From NCBI GenBank assembly GCA_017309275.1, contig JAFKLT010000043.1:24572-88571 (forward strand): DNA of 64,000 bases, read 5' to 3'. The notes beneath the pieces were generated by a model, which searched no databases, was not told where the DNA came from, and saw only the letters and a list, made by a program, of their open reading frames with translations. Below are positions 1-9,427 of the stretch, piece after piece; the stretch's first letter is position 1; every line of letters begins with the position of its first letter. The position numbers and the translations under genes were made by a program. The stretch comes from Sphingomonadales bacterium. GTDB taxonomy: Bacteria > Pseudomonadota > Alphaproteobacteria > Sphingomonadales > Sphingomonadaceae.

Positions 1-276
1 CTGGAACAGGTCGATCTGGCTGTTCTGCAGCCGCCGCTCGATCCGCTCGGCGCGCGTCGCGACATCCGTCGCGGCGAACATGGGGCCCAGCACGACCTCG
101 GTCGCGGTCAGCGACAGGCGGATCTCGTCCAGCTTGGTCCCGCCGACCTTGGCGAAAAGATCGACGACGTTGGCGACGACCTGGTCGGGCGTGATCGCCA
201 TCGGCGCGCCATGGAACAGCGCCTCGGTCAGCGCTTTCAGAAATTTGAGCTGCCCGAAATTGAACGGCGCGGCCAT
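1..276 (-). CDS. 5' end of a gene running off the window (92 codons visible); possibly the N-terminus of a GMC-type oxidoreductase
   Basis: Open frame MAAPFNFGQLKFLKALTEALFHG...SQIDLFQ starting at ATG 276 with a purine-rich RBS. Not in the ORF track because no stop is in the window. Product guess is weak. Confidence 0.55.
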   Translation of the reverse strand, partial: MAAPFNFGQLKFLKALTEALFHGAPMAITPDQVVANVVDLFAKVGGTKLDEIRLSLTATEVVLGPMFAATDVATRAERIERRLQNSQIDLFQ

Positions 277-383
277 CGCCCTTCCCCCCTTTTTGCTTCC
301 CGCCGCAAAAAGGGCGGAAATCTGCGCAACTTCACTCGCAAAACGACTTTTTGTCGGCTTGGGCCCGCAACCGGGCGTATCAC

Positions 384-438
384 TAAAGCGACAAAAGCGA
401 CGCATAAACGGTTCGAAAATGTCGCTTTTATCGCTTTA
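384..438. promoter_or_regulatory. 18-bp inverted repeat built from tandem AAAGCGAC units (candidate operator)
   Basis: TAAAGCGACAAAAGCGAC (384-401) versus GTCGCTTTTATCGCTTTA (421-438): 17/18 complementary, 19-bp spacer, upstream of the gene starting at 276. Confidence 0.6.
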
Positions 439-590
439 AGCAAATCGCCGGATTTGGCCCCTTCGTACCGGTCGCAAGCTTTTGGCGAAGGGGTAGCGTG
501 TCCGGATTTTGTAGAACAGCGGATATTTTCCTGCCCATCCGATCGATGCGCGCCCCGACTTGCGCCGGGGATCACATGGATTGCGCCTGG

Positions 591-767
591 TCAGCGCTTC
601 CTGCGCCGCGCGAACCAGCCGGCCGATTGGATGAAGACGCAGGCAGCGGCGCTTGCGATCATCATCATTCCCGCGACCAGGCCGATCAGGTAGAAATATT
701 CCGCATGGCCTTGCGTGATCGCGCCCACGGCAAGCGACAGCAACCACAGCGTCGCGGAAGCTGCCAT
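591..767 (-). CDS. Small membrane protein with two hydrophobic segments
   Basis: MAASATLWLLSLAVGAI...LIGLVAGMMMIASAAACVFI...RRRKR with a basic C-terminus; start codon uncertain (may lie near 791). Confidence 0.5.
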   Translation of the reverse strand: MAASATLWLLSLAVGAITQGHAEYFYLIGLVAGMMMIASAAACVFIQSAGWFARRRKR

Positions 768-829
768 TATCAGCCTGGCCAGTGCGAGCAATCCGATGGC
801 GGCTCTCCCTATCCTGTCCGGCGACGGCG

Positions 830-1195
830 CTAGCAGGGATATTTGCCGAACAGCGCGTTGCGGATCGAGCTGACGGCGGAGAATTTGAGGCCGCTCGTCT
901 TGCCGCGCCAATAGTCGAGGACGATCGCGCGAACCTCGCCCGCGGTGATCTTGGCCGGCAGGCAGATATTGCCCTCCGCCATCTTGGTATCACCATAGAG
1001 CTTGATCATATCGTGCGCCGCCATGATGAAATAGTCGCAGGTGTCGAGGTCGGCCGCGGTCTTCGACGTGCACAGGTCATAGACCTGTTGCCCAGTCTTG
1101 AAGACACCGCTGGACGGCGTGCTATCCTGGGCCGCGGCAGGCATCGACGACGCGATCGCCAGCGCGGCGAGAGAAACTACAGCTTTGCGAAACAT
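830..1195 (-). CDS. Rap1a/Tai-family periplasmic immunity-like protein
   Basis: Sec signal (MFRKAVVSLAALAIASSMPAAA), FKTGQQVYDLC...DTCDYFI...NICLP...terminal YPC; this four-Cys pattern is typical of Rap1a. Confidence 0.75.
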   Translation of the reverse strand: MFRKAVVSLAALAIASSMPAAAQDSTPSSGVFKTGQQVYDLCTSKTAADLDTCDYFIMAAHDMIKLYGDTKMAEGNICLPAKITAGEVRAIVLDYWRGKTSGLKFSAVSSIRNALFGKYPC

Positions 1196-1256
1196 GACAA
1201 ATCCCCCAGTTTGACCCCGAGGGACGTCATAATGCGCTTGCGTCGCGAATGCCAGT

Positions 1257-3353
1257 TCAGGCGGCAGCCTTTTTCGCGAGCCGATATTTGTGAAGCAACG
1301 GCTCGGTATAGCCCGACGGCTGCGCCACGCCCTCAAAGATCAACGCGCGTGCGGCCTGCCACGCGGTGCCGTCCGGCGTCAGCTTTTCGTACAGCGGATC
1401 GCCGGCATTCTGCGCGTCGACCTTTGCCGCCATGCGCGTCAGCGCGGCGTCGACCTGCGCTTCGGTACAGACGCCGTGGAGCAACCAGTTCGCGAGCGCC
1501 TGGCTGGAGATGCGCAGCGTCGCGCGATCTTCCATCAGGCCGACGTCGTCGATGTCGGGCACCTTCGAACAGCCGACACCCTGATCGATCCAGCGCACGA
1601 CATAGCCGAGGATGCCCTGGCAATTATTGTCGAGTTCACGCGCGATTTCCGCCTCGCTCCAGTTGCGGCCCGCCGCGACGGGGATGTTCAGCAGCCGGTC
1701 GAGCGACGGCACCGCCTCGCCCGCGATTTCCCGCTGCCGCGCGAAGACGTCGATCTGGTGATAGTGCAGTGCGTGCAGCGTCGCGGCGGTCGGCGACGGC
1801 ACCCAGGCGGTGTTGGCGCCGCTTTTGGGATGGCCGATCTTCGCCTCGAGCATGCCGCGCATCAGGTCGGGCATCGCCCACATGCCCTTGCCGATCTGCG
1901 CCTTGCCGCTGAGGCCGCAGGCAAGCCCGATACGGACGTTGCGGTCCTCATAGCTGGCGATCCAGTCGCTGGCCTTCATCTCGCCCTTCGGGATCATCGG
2001 ACCCGCGCGCATCGACGTGTGAATCTCGTCGCCGGTCCGGTCGAGGAAGCCGGTGTTGATGAAGACGATGCGGTCCTTCACCGCGTGGATACAGGCGGCA
2101 AGGTTCGCGCTGGTGCGGCGTTCCTCGTCCATCACGCCGACCTTCATCGTGTGCCGCGCAAGCCCCAGCATATCCTCGACCGCGTCGAACAGGCGGTCGG
2201 TGAAGCCGCATTCTTCCGGCCCGTGCTGCTTGGGCTTCACGATATAGATGCTGCCCGCGCGGCTGTTCCGCAGGCTGCCCAGCCCCTTCAGATCGTGGAG
2301 CGAGCAGAGGCTGGTGATGACCGCATCGCACAGCCCCTCGGGCGCCTCGGCGCCGTTCGGCAGCTTGATCATCGGCGTGGTCATCAGGTGGCCGACGTTG
2401 CGCACGAACATCACGCTGCGGCCCGCCAGGGTGAAGGCGGTGCCGTCGGGTGCGGTCCAGCCGCGGTCAGGCTCCATCGCGCGCGTCACGGTCGCGCCGC
2501 CCTTGGCAAAGCTTTCGACCAGGTCGCCGCGCATCAGGCCGAGCCAGTTGGTGTAGCCGAGCGTCTTGTCCTCGCCATCGACCGCCGCGACCGAATCCTC
2601 GAGGTCGATAATCGTGGTCAGCGCGGCCTCGAGCAAGACGTCGGCGATACCCGCCGGGTCGGTTTTGCCGATCGCGCTGGCGGGGTCGATCACCAGTTCG
2701 ATGTGCAGGCCATTATGCTTCAGCAGGATGCCGCCGGGCTTGCTGCCCGCCCATTGCGACGGATCGGCGAGCGAAAGCTGACCGCCCTGCCAGTCGGCCC
2801 AGCTACCCGAGGCCAGCGGCACCGCTTCGTCGAGAAAGGCCTTCGCGCGCGCGATCACCGCCGCGCCGCGATCGGGATCGTAACCGCCGGGCCTTGCCGG
2901 CGGCGCGTCGAGCGCGTCGGTGCCGTAGAAGGCGTCATAGAGGCTGCCCCAGCGGGCGTTGGCGGCGTTGAGCGCGAAGCGCGCATTCAGCGCGGGAACG
3001 ACGAGCTGCGGCCCCGCCATCGTCGCAATCTCGGGATCGACATTCTGCGTGCCGACCTGAAAGGGTGCCGGTTCGGGCACGAGATAGCCGATCTCGCGCA
3101 GGAAGGCCTGATAGGCGGCGGCGTCGTGCGCCTGCCCTTCCCGGCCCTGGTGCCAGGCATCGATCCGCGCCTGCAAATCCTCTCGCTTGGTGAGCAACGC
3201 GGCATTTTCAGGGGCAAATTTACCGAGCAGCACGGCGAAATCGCTCCAGAATTCATCGGCTTCGATCCCGGTTCCGGGCAAGGCCTTGGCTTCGATGAAG
3301 GAAACGAGACGCGAATCGACGGACAGGCCGCTGCGATCGAGAAAATCAGTCAT
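1257..3353 (-). CDS. glcB: Malate synthase G
   Basis: 698 aa; [69 protein letters not shown]. Confidence 0.97.
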   Translation of the reverse strand: MTDFLDRSGLSVDSRLVSFIEAKALPGTGIEADEFWSDFAVLLGKFAPENAALLTKREDLQARIDAWHQGREGQAHDAAAYQAFLREIGYLVPEPAPFQVGTQNVDPEIATMAGPQLVVPALNARFALNAANARWGSLYDAFYGTDALDAPPARPGGYDPDRGAAVIARAKAFLDEAVPLASGSWADWQGGQLSLADPSQWAGSKPGGILLKHNGLHIELVIDPASAIGKTDPAGIADVLLEAALTTIIDLEDSVAAVDGEDKTLGYTNWLGLMRGDLVESFAKGGATVTRAMEPDRGWTAPDGTAFTLAGRSVMFVRNVGHLMTTPMIKLPNGAEAPEGLCDAVITSLCSLHDLKGLGSLRNSRAGSIYIVKPKQHGPEECGFTDRLFDAVEDMLGLARHTMKVGVMDEERRTSANLAACIHAVKDRIVFINTGFLDRTGDEIHTSMRAGPMIPKGEMKASDWIASYEDRNVRIGLACGLSGKAQIGKGMWAMPDLMRGMLEAKIGHPKSGANTAWVPSPTAATLHALHYHQIDVFARQREIAGEAVPSLDRLLNIPVAAGRNWSEAEIARELDNNCQGILGYVVRWIDQGVGCSKVPDIDDVGLMEDRATLRISSQALANWLLHGVCTEAQVDAALTRMAAKVDAQNAGDPLYEKLTPDGTAWQAARALIFEGVAQPSGYTEPLLHKYRLAKKAAA

Positions 3354-3461
3354 TCTGCACCCTTTGGTCAGCGCGATCGCGCCAGTGGACCCGGGGAGGA
3401 AAGGGCCGCCGCCCTATGGCCTGCCGTGGCGCGCTTGGCAATGGCTGCGGTGAGTCCGCCG

Positions 3462-4637
3462 TCAGGCGACCCCGCACACCGGCGCCGGGACCAAATCGAC
3501 GAGCGCGACACGAACCTGGTTCCGCCCGCCCGCCTTCGCACGGTAAAGTGCGGTGTCGGCGCGGTGCAGCAAGCCGGGCAAACTTTCGCGCTGCATCAAT
3601 TGGGCCACGCCGAACGAGGCGCTGAAGTGACGATCGACGCCGAGGACCGGCAATTTCGCGGTCGCAAAGGCGGCGCGAACCGATTCGGCGTAGAGCCGCC
3701 CGTCGGACAGCAGCGCCGCGGGCAGCAGGACGGCAAACTCTTCTCCGCCGACGCGGCCGACGATCGCGTCGGGAGGCGCGGCCTTGGACAGCATCGCGGC
3801 AAAATGCGCGATGACGCCATCGCCCGCCGCGTGGCCGAAGCTGTCGTTGATCTGCTTGAAATGATCGAGATCGGCGGCGATCAGCACCATCTCCTCGTCG
3901 CCGCGCGCGAGCGCCTCATCGGCACGGCGTTCGAAGCCGCGGCGGTTCAGGACGCCCGACAGCGGATCGGTTTCGGAGCGCGCGAGCATCTCGGCCGTCG
4001 TGTCGCGCATCGTCACCAGCAGCATCACGAGCCCGGTCGCCATCAGCACCACGACGCTGCCGCTTTGCGAGATCGCCGCATAGGTCGTCGCCATATAATC
4101 CTGTGGCGCGCGCGCCGTCCCCACAATCATGGCGAACAGCGGCTTGAGCATGTAGATCACCGCCGAAACGGCCTGCAGCGCTACGAGCAGCACATCGAGC
4201 GGCTGCCGCCGCCCCGAACGCCAGATCATGACGCCGAACAGCGTCTGCATGGCAACATAGGGCAATTGATAGATCACCAGCCGCGGTATCGAGCCATAGG
4301 TCATGCTGAAAATGACCGGCACCGACAGGAGCGTCGCAATCCAAATGGCCATCATGGCGGTCCACGGCGGCTCGACGCGATAATGACGCGCGCCTCCGAT
4401 CAGCGAGAAGCTGAGCGCCGCCAGGAAGACGAGGAAAAGGGCAATGCCGATCGGCGCGGGATCGACCTGTTGCCGGAGCAGGAACTCCAGGACGAAATAT
4501 ATGATTGCCATGCCGCAGCCGAGCGCGAGCCACCACGCCCCCCGCGCCAGGCGGTTGGTTGCGGCGACCACGGCAAAGGCCACGGCAAAAATGCCGGCAA
4601 CGGACATGTTTATGCCAAGCAAAAAGGCGGCAGTCAT
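3462..4637 (-). CDS. Membrane-anchored diguanylate cyclase
   Basis: Multi-TM N-terminus; TDPLSGVLNRR, DLDHFKQINDSFGH, RVGGEEF (GGEEF active site), ADTALYRAK. Confidence 0.92.
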   Translation of the reverse strand: MTAAFLLGINMSVAGIFAVAFAVVAATNRLARGAWWLALGCGMAIIYFVLEFLLRQQVDPAPIGIALFLVFLAALSFSLIGGARHYRVEPPWTAMMAIWIATLLSVPVIFSMTYGSIPRLVIYQLPYVAMQTLFGVMIWRSGRRQPLDVLLVALQAVSAVIYMLKPLFAMIVGTARAPQDYMATTYAAISQSGSVVVLMATGLVMLLVTMRDTTAEMLARSETDPLSGVLNRRGFERRADEALARGDEEMVLIAADLDHFKQINDSFGHAAGDGVIAHFAAMLSKAAPPDAIVGRVGGEEFAVLLPAALLSDGRLYAESVRAAFATAKLPVLGVDRHFSASFGVAQLMQRESLPGLLHRADTALYRAKAGGRNQVRVALVDLVPAPVCGVA

Positions 4638-4829
4638 CGACCCACTCGTTGTAATTTCGGACAGCTAGCGGCGCGGCGACGAAGTTTCGGTTAATCCCCC
4701 GCATCCGAAATCGATTCGCACGCCCCATGCCGCACGCACGGCATGCAGATCAGTGACTTACCGTATCGTGGCGACAAAATGCCGGACCGGGGGGTGCCAA
4801 AGCGCCTCGCCGCTCGCTATAGCCGTGCG

Positions 4830-6038
4830 ATGACAATGCTCACCGCGACCGAACAGGCGATGCTCGAACGCGCGGCCGACGCGCCGATGCTGGCTGAAGT
4901 CGAACGATGGGCGGCGACCAACAGCGGCACCGGCAACCTGGCCGGGCTGAAGATCGTTGCGGGCCAGCTTGCCGACGCATTCGCGGCGCTGCCCGGCGAG
5001 GTGCGGCTAGTCGCGCCCGATCCGGTCGAGAGCGTCGATACCGCCGGCAACGTGAAGACGACCCAGCGCGGCGACCATCTGCACCTCCGCGTCCGGCCCG
5101 ACGCACCGGTGCAACTGCTGCTGACCGGCCATATGGACACGGTCTTCGCGCCCGATCACCCCTTTCAGTCGCTGCGCTGGCTGGAGGACGGTGTCCTGAA
5201 CGGCCCCGGCACCGCCGACATGAAGGGCGGGATCGCGGTGATCCTCGCCGCACTGAAGGCGATCGAAGCATCGTCGATCGCTCCGCGCGTCGGCTATGAC
5301 GTGATGATCAACAGCGACGAGGAGACCGGCAGCCACGCCTCTGCCGCGCTGATCGCCGATCTGGCGAGGGGCAAGACCGCCGCGCTTACCTATGAACCGG
5401 CGTTGCCCGACGGCACGCTGGCGGGCGCGCGTCCGGGAAGCGGCAATTTCTCGATCCTGATCCACGGTCGTTCGGCGCACGCCGGACGCAACCCCGAGGA
5501 GGGCCGCAACGCCCTGATCGCAGCTGCCGACCTCGCGTTGCGGCTGAATGCGCTGAAATCGGCGGAGCTGAAGGTCAATCCGGCGAAGATCGATGGCGGC
5601 GGTCCGAACAATGTCGTTCCCGACCAGGCCATTCTGCGCGTCAACATGCGCCCGTCGACACCCGATGCGATGGCGGCGGCCGAGGCAGCGCTGCGCGACG
5701 CGATCGCGGCCATCTCTCGCGACCATGACGTGCATTGCCACCTTTACGGCAATTTCAACCGGCCGCCGAAGCCGCTCGACCCGGCAGCGACGCGGCTGTT
5801 CGAACTGGTGCGCAGCTGCGGCAGCGCGCTGGGCCTGACGATCGGCTGGAACGCGACCGGCGGCGTCTGCGACGGCAATAATATCGCCGCGTGCGGCGTG
5901 CCCGTCGTCGATACGATGGGCCCGCGCGGCGGCGCGATCCATTCGTCGGACGAATTTCTGATCGTCGACAGCCTGGCCGAGCGGGCCCGACTGTCGGCAC
6001 TAACCATGACAAGAATAGCGGAACGGGGGACGGTGTGA
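4830..6038 (+). CDS. M20/M25/M40 metallo-hydrolase (ArgE/carboxypeptidase G2-like)
   Basis: GHMDTV, GPGTADMKGG, SDEETGS, GRSAHAG, GGAIHS; stop overlaps the astA start (GTGA). Confidence 0.9.
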   Translation: MTMLTATEQAMLERAADAPMLAEVERWAATNSGTGNLAGLKIVAGQLADAFAALPGEVRLVAPDPVESVDTAGNVKTTQRGDHLHLRVRPDAPVQLLLTGHMDTVFAPDHPFQSLRWLEDGVLNGPGTADMKGGIAVILAALKAIEASSIAPRVGYDVMINSDEETGSHASAALIADLARGKTAALTYEPALPDGTLAGARPGSGNFSILIHGRSAHAGRNPEEGRNALIAAADLALRLNALKSAELKVNPAKIDGGGPNNVVPDQAILRVNMRPSTPDAMAAAEAALRDAIAAISRDHDVHCHLYGNFNRPPKPLDPAATRLFELVRSCGSALGLTIGWNATGGVCDGNNIAACGVPVVDTMGPRGGAIHSSDEFLIVDSLAERARLSALTMTRIAERGTV

Positions 6039-7036
6039 ATTATGTGATCCGGGCAGCCAAGCCGGGCGACCTGCAGAGCATTTACGAGATGGCGAAGCTG
6101 ACTGGTGGCGGCTTCACCAACCTGCCCCCCGACAAGAAGGCGCTGCGCGCCAAGCTGGAGCGTGCCGACGCAGGCTTCCAGTCGGAGAAGGAATATCCGG
6201 CCGACGAGCTGTATCTGATGGTCCTGGAAGACCTGGACAGCGGCGAAGTGCGTGGAACATGTCAAATCTTTGGGCAGGTCGGCCAACGCTGGCCCTTTTA
6301 TTCCTATCGCATCGGCACCGACAGCAAGCATAGCGAGCAGCTTGGCCGCACCTTTCATGCGCAGGTGCTGATGCTGAGCAACGACCTGAACGGTGCGAGC
6401 GAGGTTGGGGGGCTGTTCCTGCACCCCGCGGCGCGCGCCGGTGGACTGGGACTGCTGCTTGCGCGTTCGCGCTATCTGTTCATCGCGCGGCACCGGGCGC
6501 GCTTCGGCGGCCGCATCCTTGCCGAACTGCGTGGGGTGATCGACGAGGCGGGCGGATCGCCCTTCTGGGACGGCGTCGCGGGCAAATTCTTCGGGATGAA
6601 TTTCCAGGAAGCCGACCAGTTCAACGCCGTCCACGGCAACCAGTTCATCGCCGACCTGATGCCCAAGCACCCCGTCTATATCGCGATGCTGAGCGATCAT
6701 GCGCGCGGCGTGATCGGCGTCCCCCACCCGACCGGCCGCGCCGCGATGCGGATGCTGGAGAATGAAGGCTTCGCGTTCGAAAATTATGTCGACATCTTCG
6801 ACGGCGGGCCGACCATGACCGCGCGCACCGACCAGGTGGCGAGCGTCCGCGACGCCAAACATGTCGAGGTGACGGGCGTTGGCGACGGCGGCGAAGAGGC
6901 GCTGATCGCGACCGGCCGGCTCGGCGATTTTCGCTGCTGCTTTGGCCGCGTCAGTGCCGATGGAACGATCGACGCCGACGCCGCGCGCATATTGGGCATC
7001 GGCGCGGGCGACCAGATCAGCTGGATCGGGCGCTGA
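6035..7036 (+). CDS. astA: Arginine N-succinyltransferase
   Basis: GTG start; GFTNLP, LFLHP, LLARSRYLFIA, AELRG, SPFW, FIADLMPKHPVY, YVDIFDGGP. Confidence 0.92.
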   Translation: MNYVIRAAKPGDLQSIYEMAKLTGGGFTNLPPDKKALRAKLERADAGFQSEKEYPADELYLMVLEDLDSGEVRGTCQIFGQVGQRWPFYSYRIGTDSKHSEQLGRTFHAQVLMLSNDLNGASEVGGLFLHPAARAGGLGLLLARSRYLFIARHRARFGGRILAELRGVIDEAGGSPFWDGVAGKFFGMNFQEADQFNAVHGNQFIADLMPKHPVYIAMLSDHARGVIGVPHPTGRAAMRMLENEGFAFENYVDIFDGGPTMTARTDQVASVRDAKHVEVTGVGDGGEEALIATGRLGDFRCCFGRVSADGTIDADAARILGIGAGDQISWIGR

Positions 7037-7039
7037 ACG

Positions 7040-8290
7040 ATGATCACCGAAATCAACTTCGACGGGATCATCGGCCCCAGCCACAATTATGCGGGGCTAA
7101 GCCGCGGCAACATCGCGTCGGCGAACAATGCCGGCGACGTGTCGCAGCCGCGCGCTGCCGCGTTGCAGGGCATCGAGAAGATGCGCCACAATATCGCGCT
7201 CGGCCTGCCGCAGGGCTTCTTCATGCCGCTCGACCGCCCCGACGCGCCCTGGCTGGAGACGCTGGGCACGTCGTTGGAGACGGCCGAAACGCACCTGCGC
7301 GCGCAGGCCTGGTCGGCATCCTCGATGTGGGCCGCCAATGCCGCGACCGTGTCACCCGCGCCCGACAGCGCCGATGGCAAGTGCCATTTGACGGTCGCGA
7401 ACCTGGTCACCATGCCGCATCGCAGCCATGAATGGCCCGGAACGCTCGCACAGCTTCGGCTGGCATTCGCCGACCCGGCCTTCGTCGTGCATGGCCCCGT
7501 CCCCGCCCCGTTCGGAGACGAAGGTGCGGCGAACCATATGCGGCTGTGCGCCGGGCACGGATCGCCCGGCGTCGAAATCTTTGTCTATGGCGTCGGCGGC
7601 GGCCGGTTCCCGGCGCGCCAGCACCTGGACGCATCGAAGGCGATTGCGCGCAAGCACCGGCTCGACCCGGCGCGCACGCTCTTCATCCGTCAGTCGGATA
7701 CCGCGATCCAGGGCGGTGCCTTTCACAACGACGTCGTCGCGGTCGCAAACGAGCGCGTGCTGTTCACGCACGAGACCGCATTCGAGGATCGCGAAGGCGC
7801 GCATGCGCAGATTCGCGCTGCTTTTCCCGAGGTTGAGATCGTCGAGGTGCCGGCAAGCGCAGTGACGTTGCCCGAGGCGATCAAATCCTATCTGTTCAAC
7901 GCCCAGCTTGTCAGCCTGCCCGACGGCGCCGGCATGGGCCTGGTGGTGCCGACCGAAGCGCGCGAGATGCCGTCGGTGTGGACCTGGCTGGAGGATCATG
8001 TCGCGGGCAACGGGCCGATCCGCCGGCTGTTGCCGGTCGACGTCCGCCAGTCGATGGCGAACGGCGGGGGCCCCGCCTGTCTGCGGCTGCGCGTCGTCGC
8101 GGAACCCGGGACGGTCGATCCGCGTTTCATGGCCGATCCGGCGAAACTCGATCGGATTGCAGAGGTCGTCGCGGCGCATTGGCCCGAAGCGATCGCGCCC
8201 GGCGACCTCGTCTTGCCCGCGCTCGTCCGCGACGTTCAGCGGGCTCGCGCGGCGCTGCTCGACGCGCTGAATCTTTCCGAATTACTCTGA
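7040..8290 (+). CDS. astB: N-succinylarginine dihydrolase
   Basis: EINFDGIIGPSHNYAGLSRGN, SASSMWAANAATVSP, GDEGAANH, AFHNDVVAV, QSMANGGGPACLRLRV. Confidence 0.95.
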   Translation: MITEINFDGIIGPSHNYAGLSRGNIASANNAGDVSQPRAAALQGIEKMRHNIALGLPQGFFMPLDRPDAPWLETLGTSLETAETHLRAQAWSASSMWAANAATVSPAPDSADGKCHLTVANLVTMPHRSHEWPGTLAQLRLAFADPAFVVHGPVPAPFGDEGAANHMRLCAGHGSPGVEIFVYGVGGGRFPARQHLDASKAIARKHRLDPARTLFIRQSDTAIQGGAFHNDVVAVANERVLFTHETAFEDREGAHAQIRAAFPEVEIVEVPASAVTLPEAIKSYLFNAQLVSLPDGAGMGLVVPTEAREMPSVWTWLEDHVAGNGPIRRLLPVDVRQSMANGGGPACLRLRVVAEPGTVDPRFMADPAKLDRIAEVVAAHWPEAIAPGDLVLPALVRDVQRARAALLDALNLSELL

Positions 8291-8310
8291 CTCTTCCATC
8301 GCTTGTCGGA

Positions 8311-8329
8311 TTAACTTACAGTTTACCAT
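8311..8329 (+). promoter_or_regulatory. CtrA-like box
   Basis: TTAA-CTTACAG-TTTAC(CAT): TTAA-N7-TTAAC with one mismatch, about 57 bp upstream of the small membrane gene. Confidence 0.45.
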
Positions 8330-8385
8330 AAGCCCGTCGCGTCGAATCCACGATTTGCGCCACTGGCACGGCGCTTGCTTGGATT

Positions 8386-8631
8386 ATGGTGATGCTGAAA
8401 AAGATCGGACGCCTGTTCGTCATCAAGACTCGCTTTGAAGCGTGTCTGATCATTTATGCGCTGGCCGTGGGCGCGATGGCGCGTGGCATGGCCTATATCG
8501 ATCATTATCCAGGCATCGGCGGCAAGCTGTTGTTGCTGGCCTGTACCGGATCGGTCTTTCTGGCGGGCGCGAAGATTTTCGACTGCCTGCGTTATGAAAA
8601 GGCGGCGGAGGCAGCCAAGTCCCCTGCCTGA
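8386..8631 (+). CDS. Small two-TM hypothetical protein (81 aa)
   Basis: MVMLKKIGRLFVIKTRFEACLIIYALAVGA...GGKLLLLACTGSVFLAGAKIF; fills the intergenic gap and has two hydrophobic helices. Confidence 0.8.
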   Translation: MVMLKKIGRLFVIKTRFEACLIIYALAVGAMARGMAYIDHYPGIGGKLLLLACTGSVFLAGAKIFDCLRYEKAAEAAKSPA

Positions 8632-8677
8632 CGCGGCGGACTTTCGTCCGTCACCAACCTGTGCCAAGGCTTGAAGC

Positions 8678-9427
8678 ATGAGCAGGATCAGCGGGCGTCC
8701 CGACATCAGCACCCAGCATGCCTATGGCCTGACGCTGCGCGTCGCGCGGTGGCGCGTGGGGGCGGGCGGCACGCCGCTTCTGTTCCTGAACGGCATCGGC
8801 GCAGATATTGCCGCGGCCGCCCCGTTGCTGGCGCAGCTTCACGGCCGCGAAGTCTGGACGCTCGACATGCCGGGCGTCGGCGGTTCGCCCGACGCGCTGC
8901 TGCCCTATGGCGCGCCGACGATGGCGGCCGTGGTGATGGAGATCGCCGAACGGTTCGGCCAAAAGCAGGTCGACGTCGCAGGCTTTAGCTGGGGCGGCGC
9001 GCTGGCGCAGCAGGTTGCCATCCAGTTTCCCGGGCGCGTCCGGCGGCTGGTACTGATGGCGACGACGCCGACGGTCACCGCGCCGGGCATCGGCTGGGCG
9101 GCGTTGTTGGACGACGACATGCTGGCAAGCGGACTGAAACTGCCGACCGCGACGCCGCTCGGCCTGGCATATCAGACGATGGCGATGGCGGGCTGGACGA
9201 GCGTAGCCATGCTGCCGCAGCTCAAGACGATCCCCGTGCTGATCCTGATGGGCGAGCGCGATGGCGTCGTTCCCGCATGCCACGGACAGGCGATCGCCGA
9301 CCTGATCGACGGCGCGGTGTTGGAGGTGGTGCCCGGATCGCACCTGTTTCCGTTCACCCATGCCGCCGACATCGCGGCGCGGATCAGTGCTTTTCTTGAT
9401 CAGCCGGCGGAACAAGCCGCCGCGTAA
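8678..9427 (+). CDS. Alpha/beta hydrolase, PHA depolymerase (PhaZ)-like
   Basis: LLFLNGIGAD, DMPGVGGS, GFSWGG nucleophile elbow; shorter than typical PhaZ. Confidence 0.75.
   Translation: MSRISGRPDISTQHAYGLTLRVARWRVGAGGTPLLFLNGIGADIAAAAPLLAQLHGREVWTLDMPGVGGSPDALLPYGAPTMAAVVMEIAERFGQKQVDVAGFSWGGALAQQVAIQFPGRVRRLVLMATTPTVTAPGIGWAALLDDDMLASGLKLPTATPLGLAYQTMAMAGWTSVAMLPQLKTIPVLILMGERDGVVPACHGQAIADLIDGAVLEVVPGSHLFPFTHAADIAARISAFLDQPAEQAAA

Noticed and set aside
1290-4694. 1134-aa plus-strand ORF and similar long shadows (17717-19618, 32122-34335, 41520-43256, 47497-49173)
   Set aside because: They lie opposite well-supported genes, are Arg-rich and show no family motifs.
4685-4695. 11-mer ATTAACCGAAA shared by the GGDEF promoter (minus strand) and the AT block (56610-56620)
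   Set aside because: A tempting c-di-GMP link, but two short matches containing a common TTAACC half-site can arise by chance.
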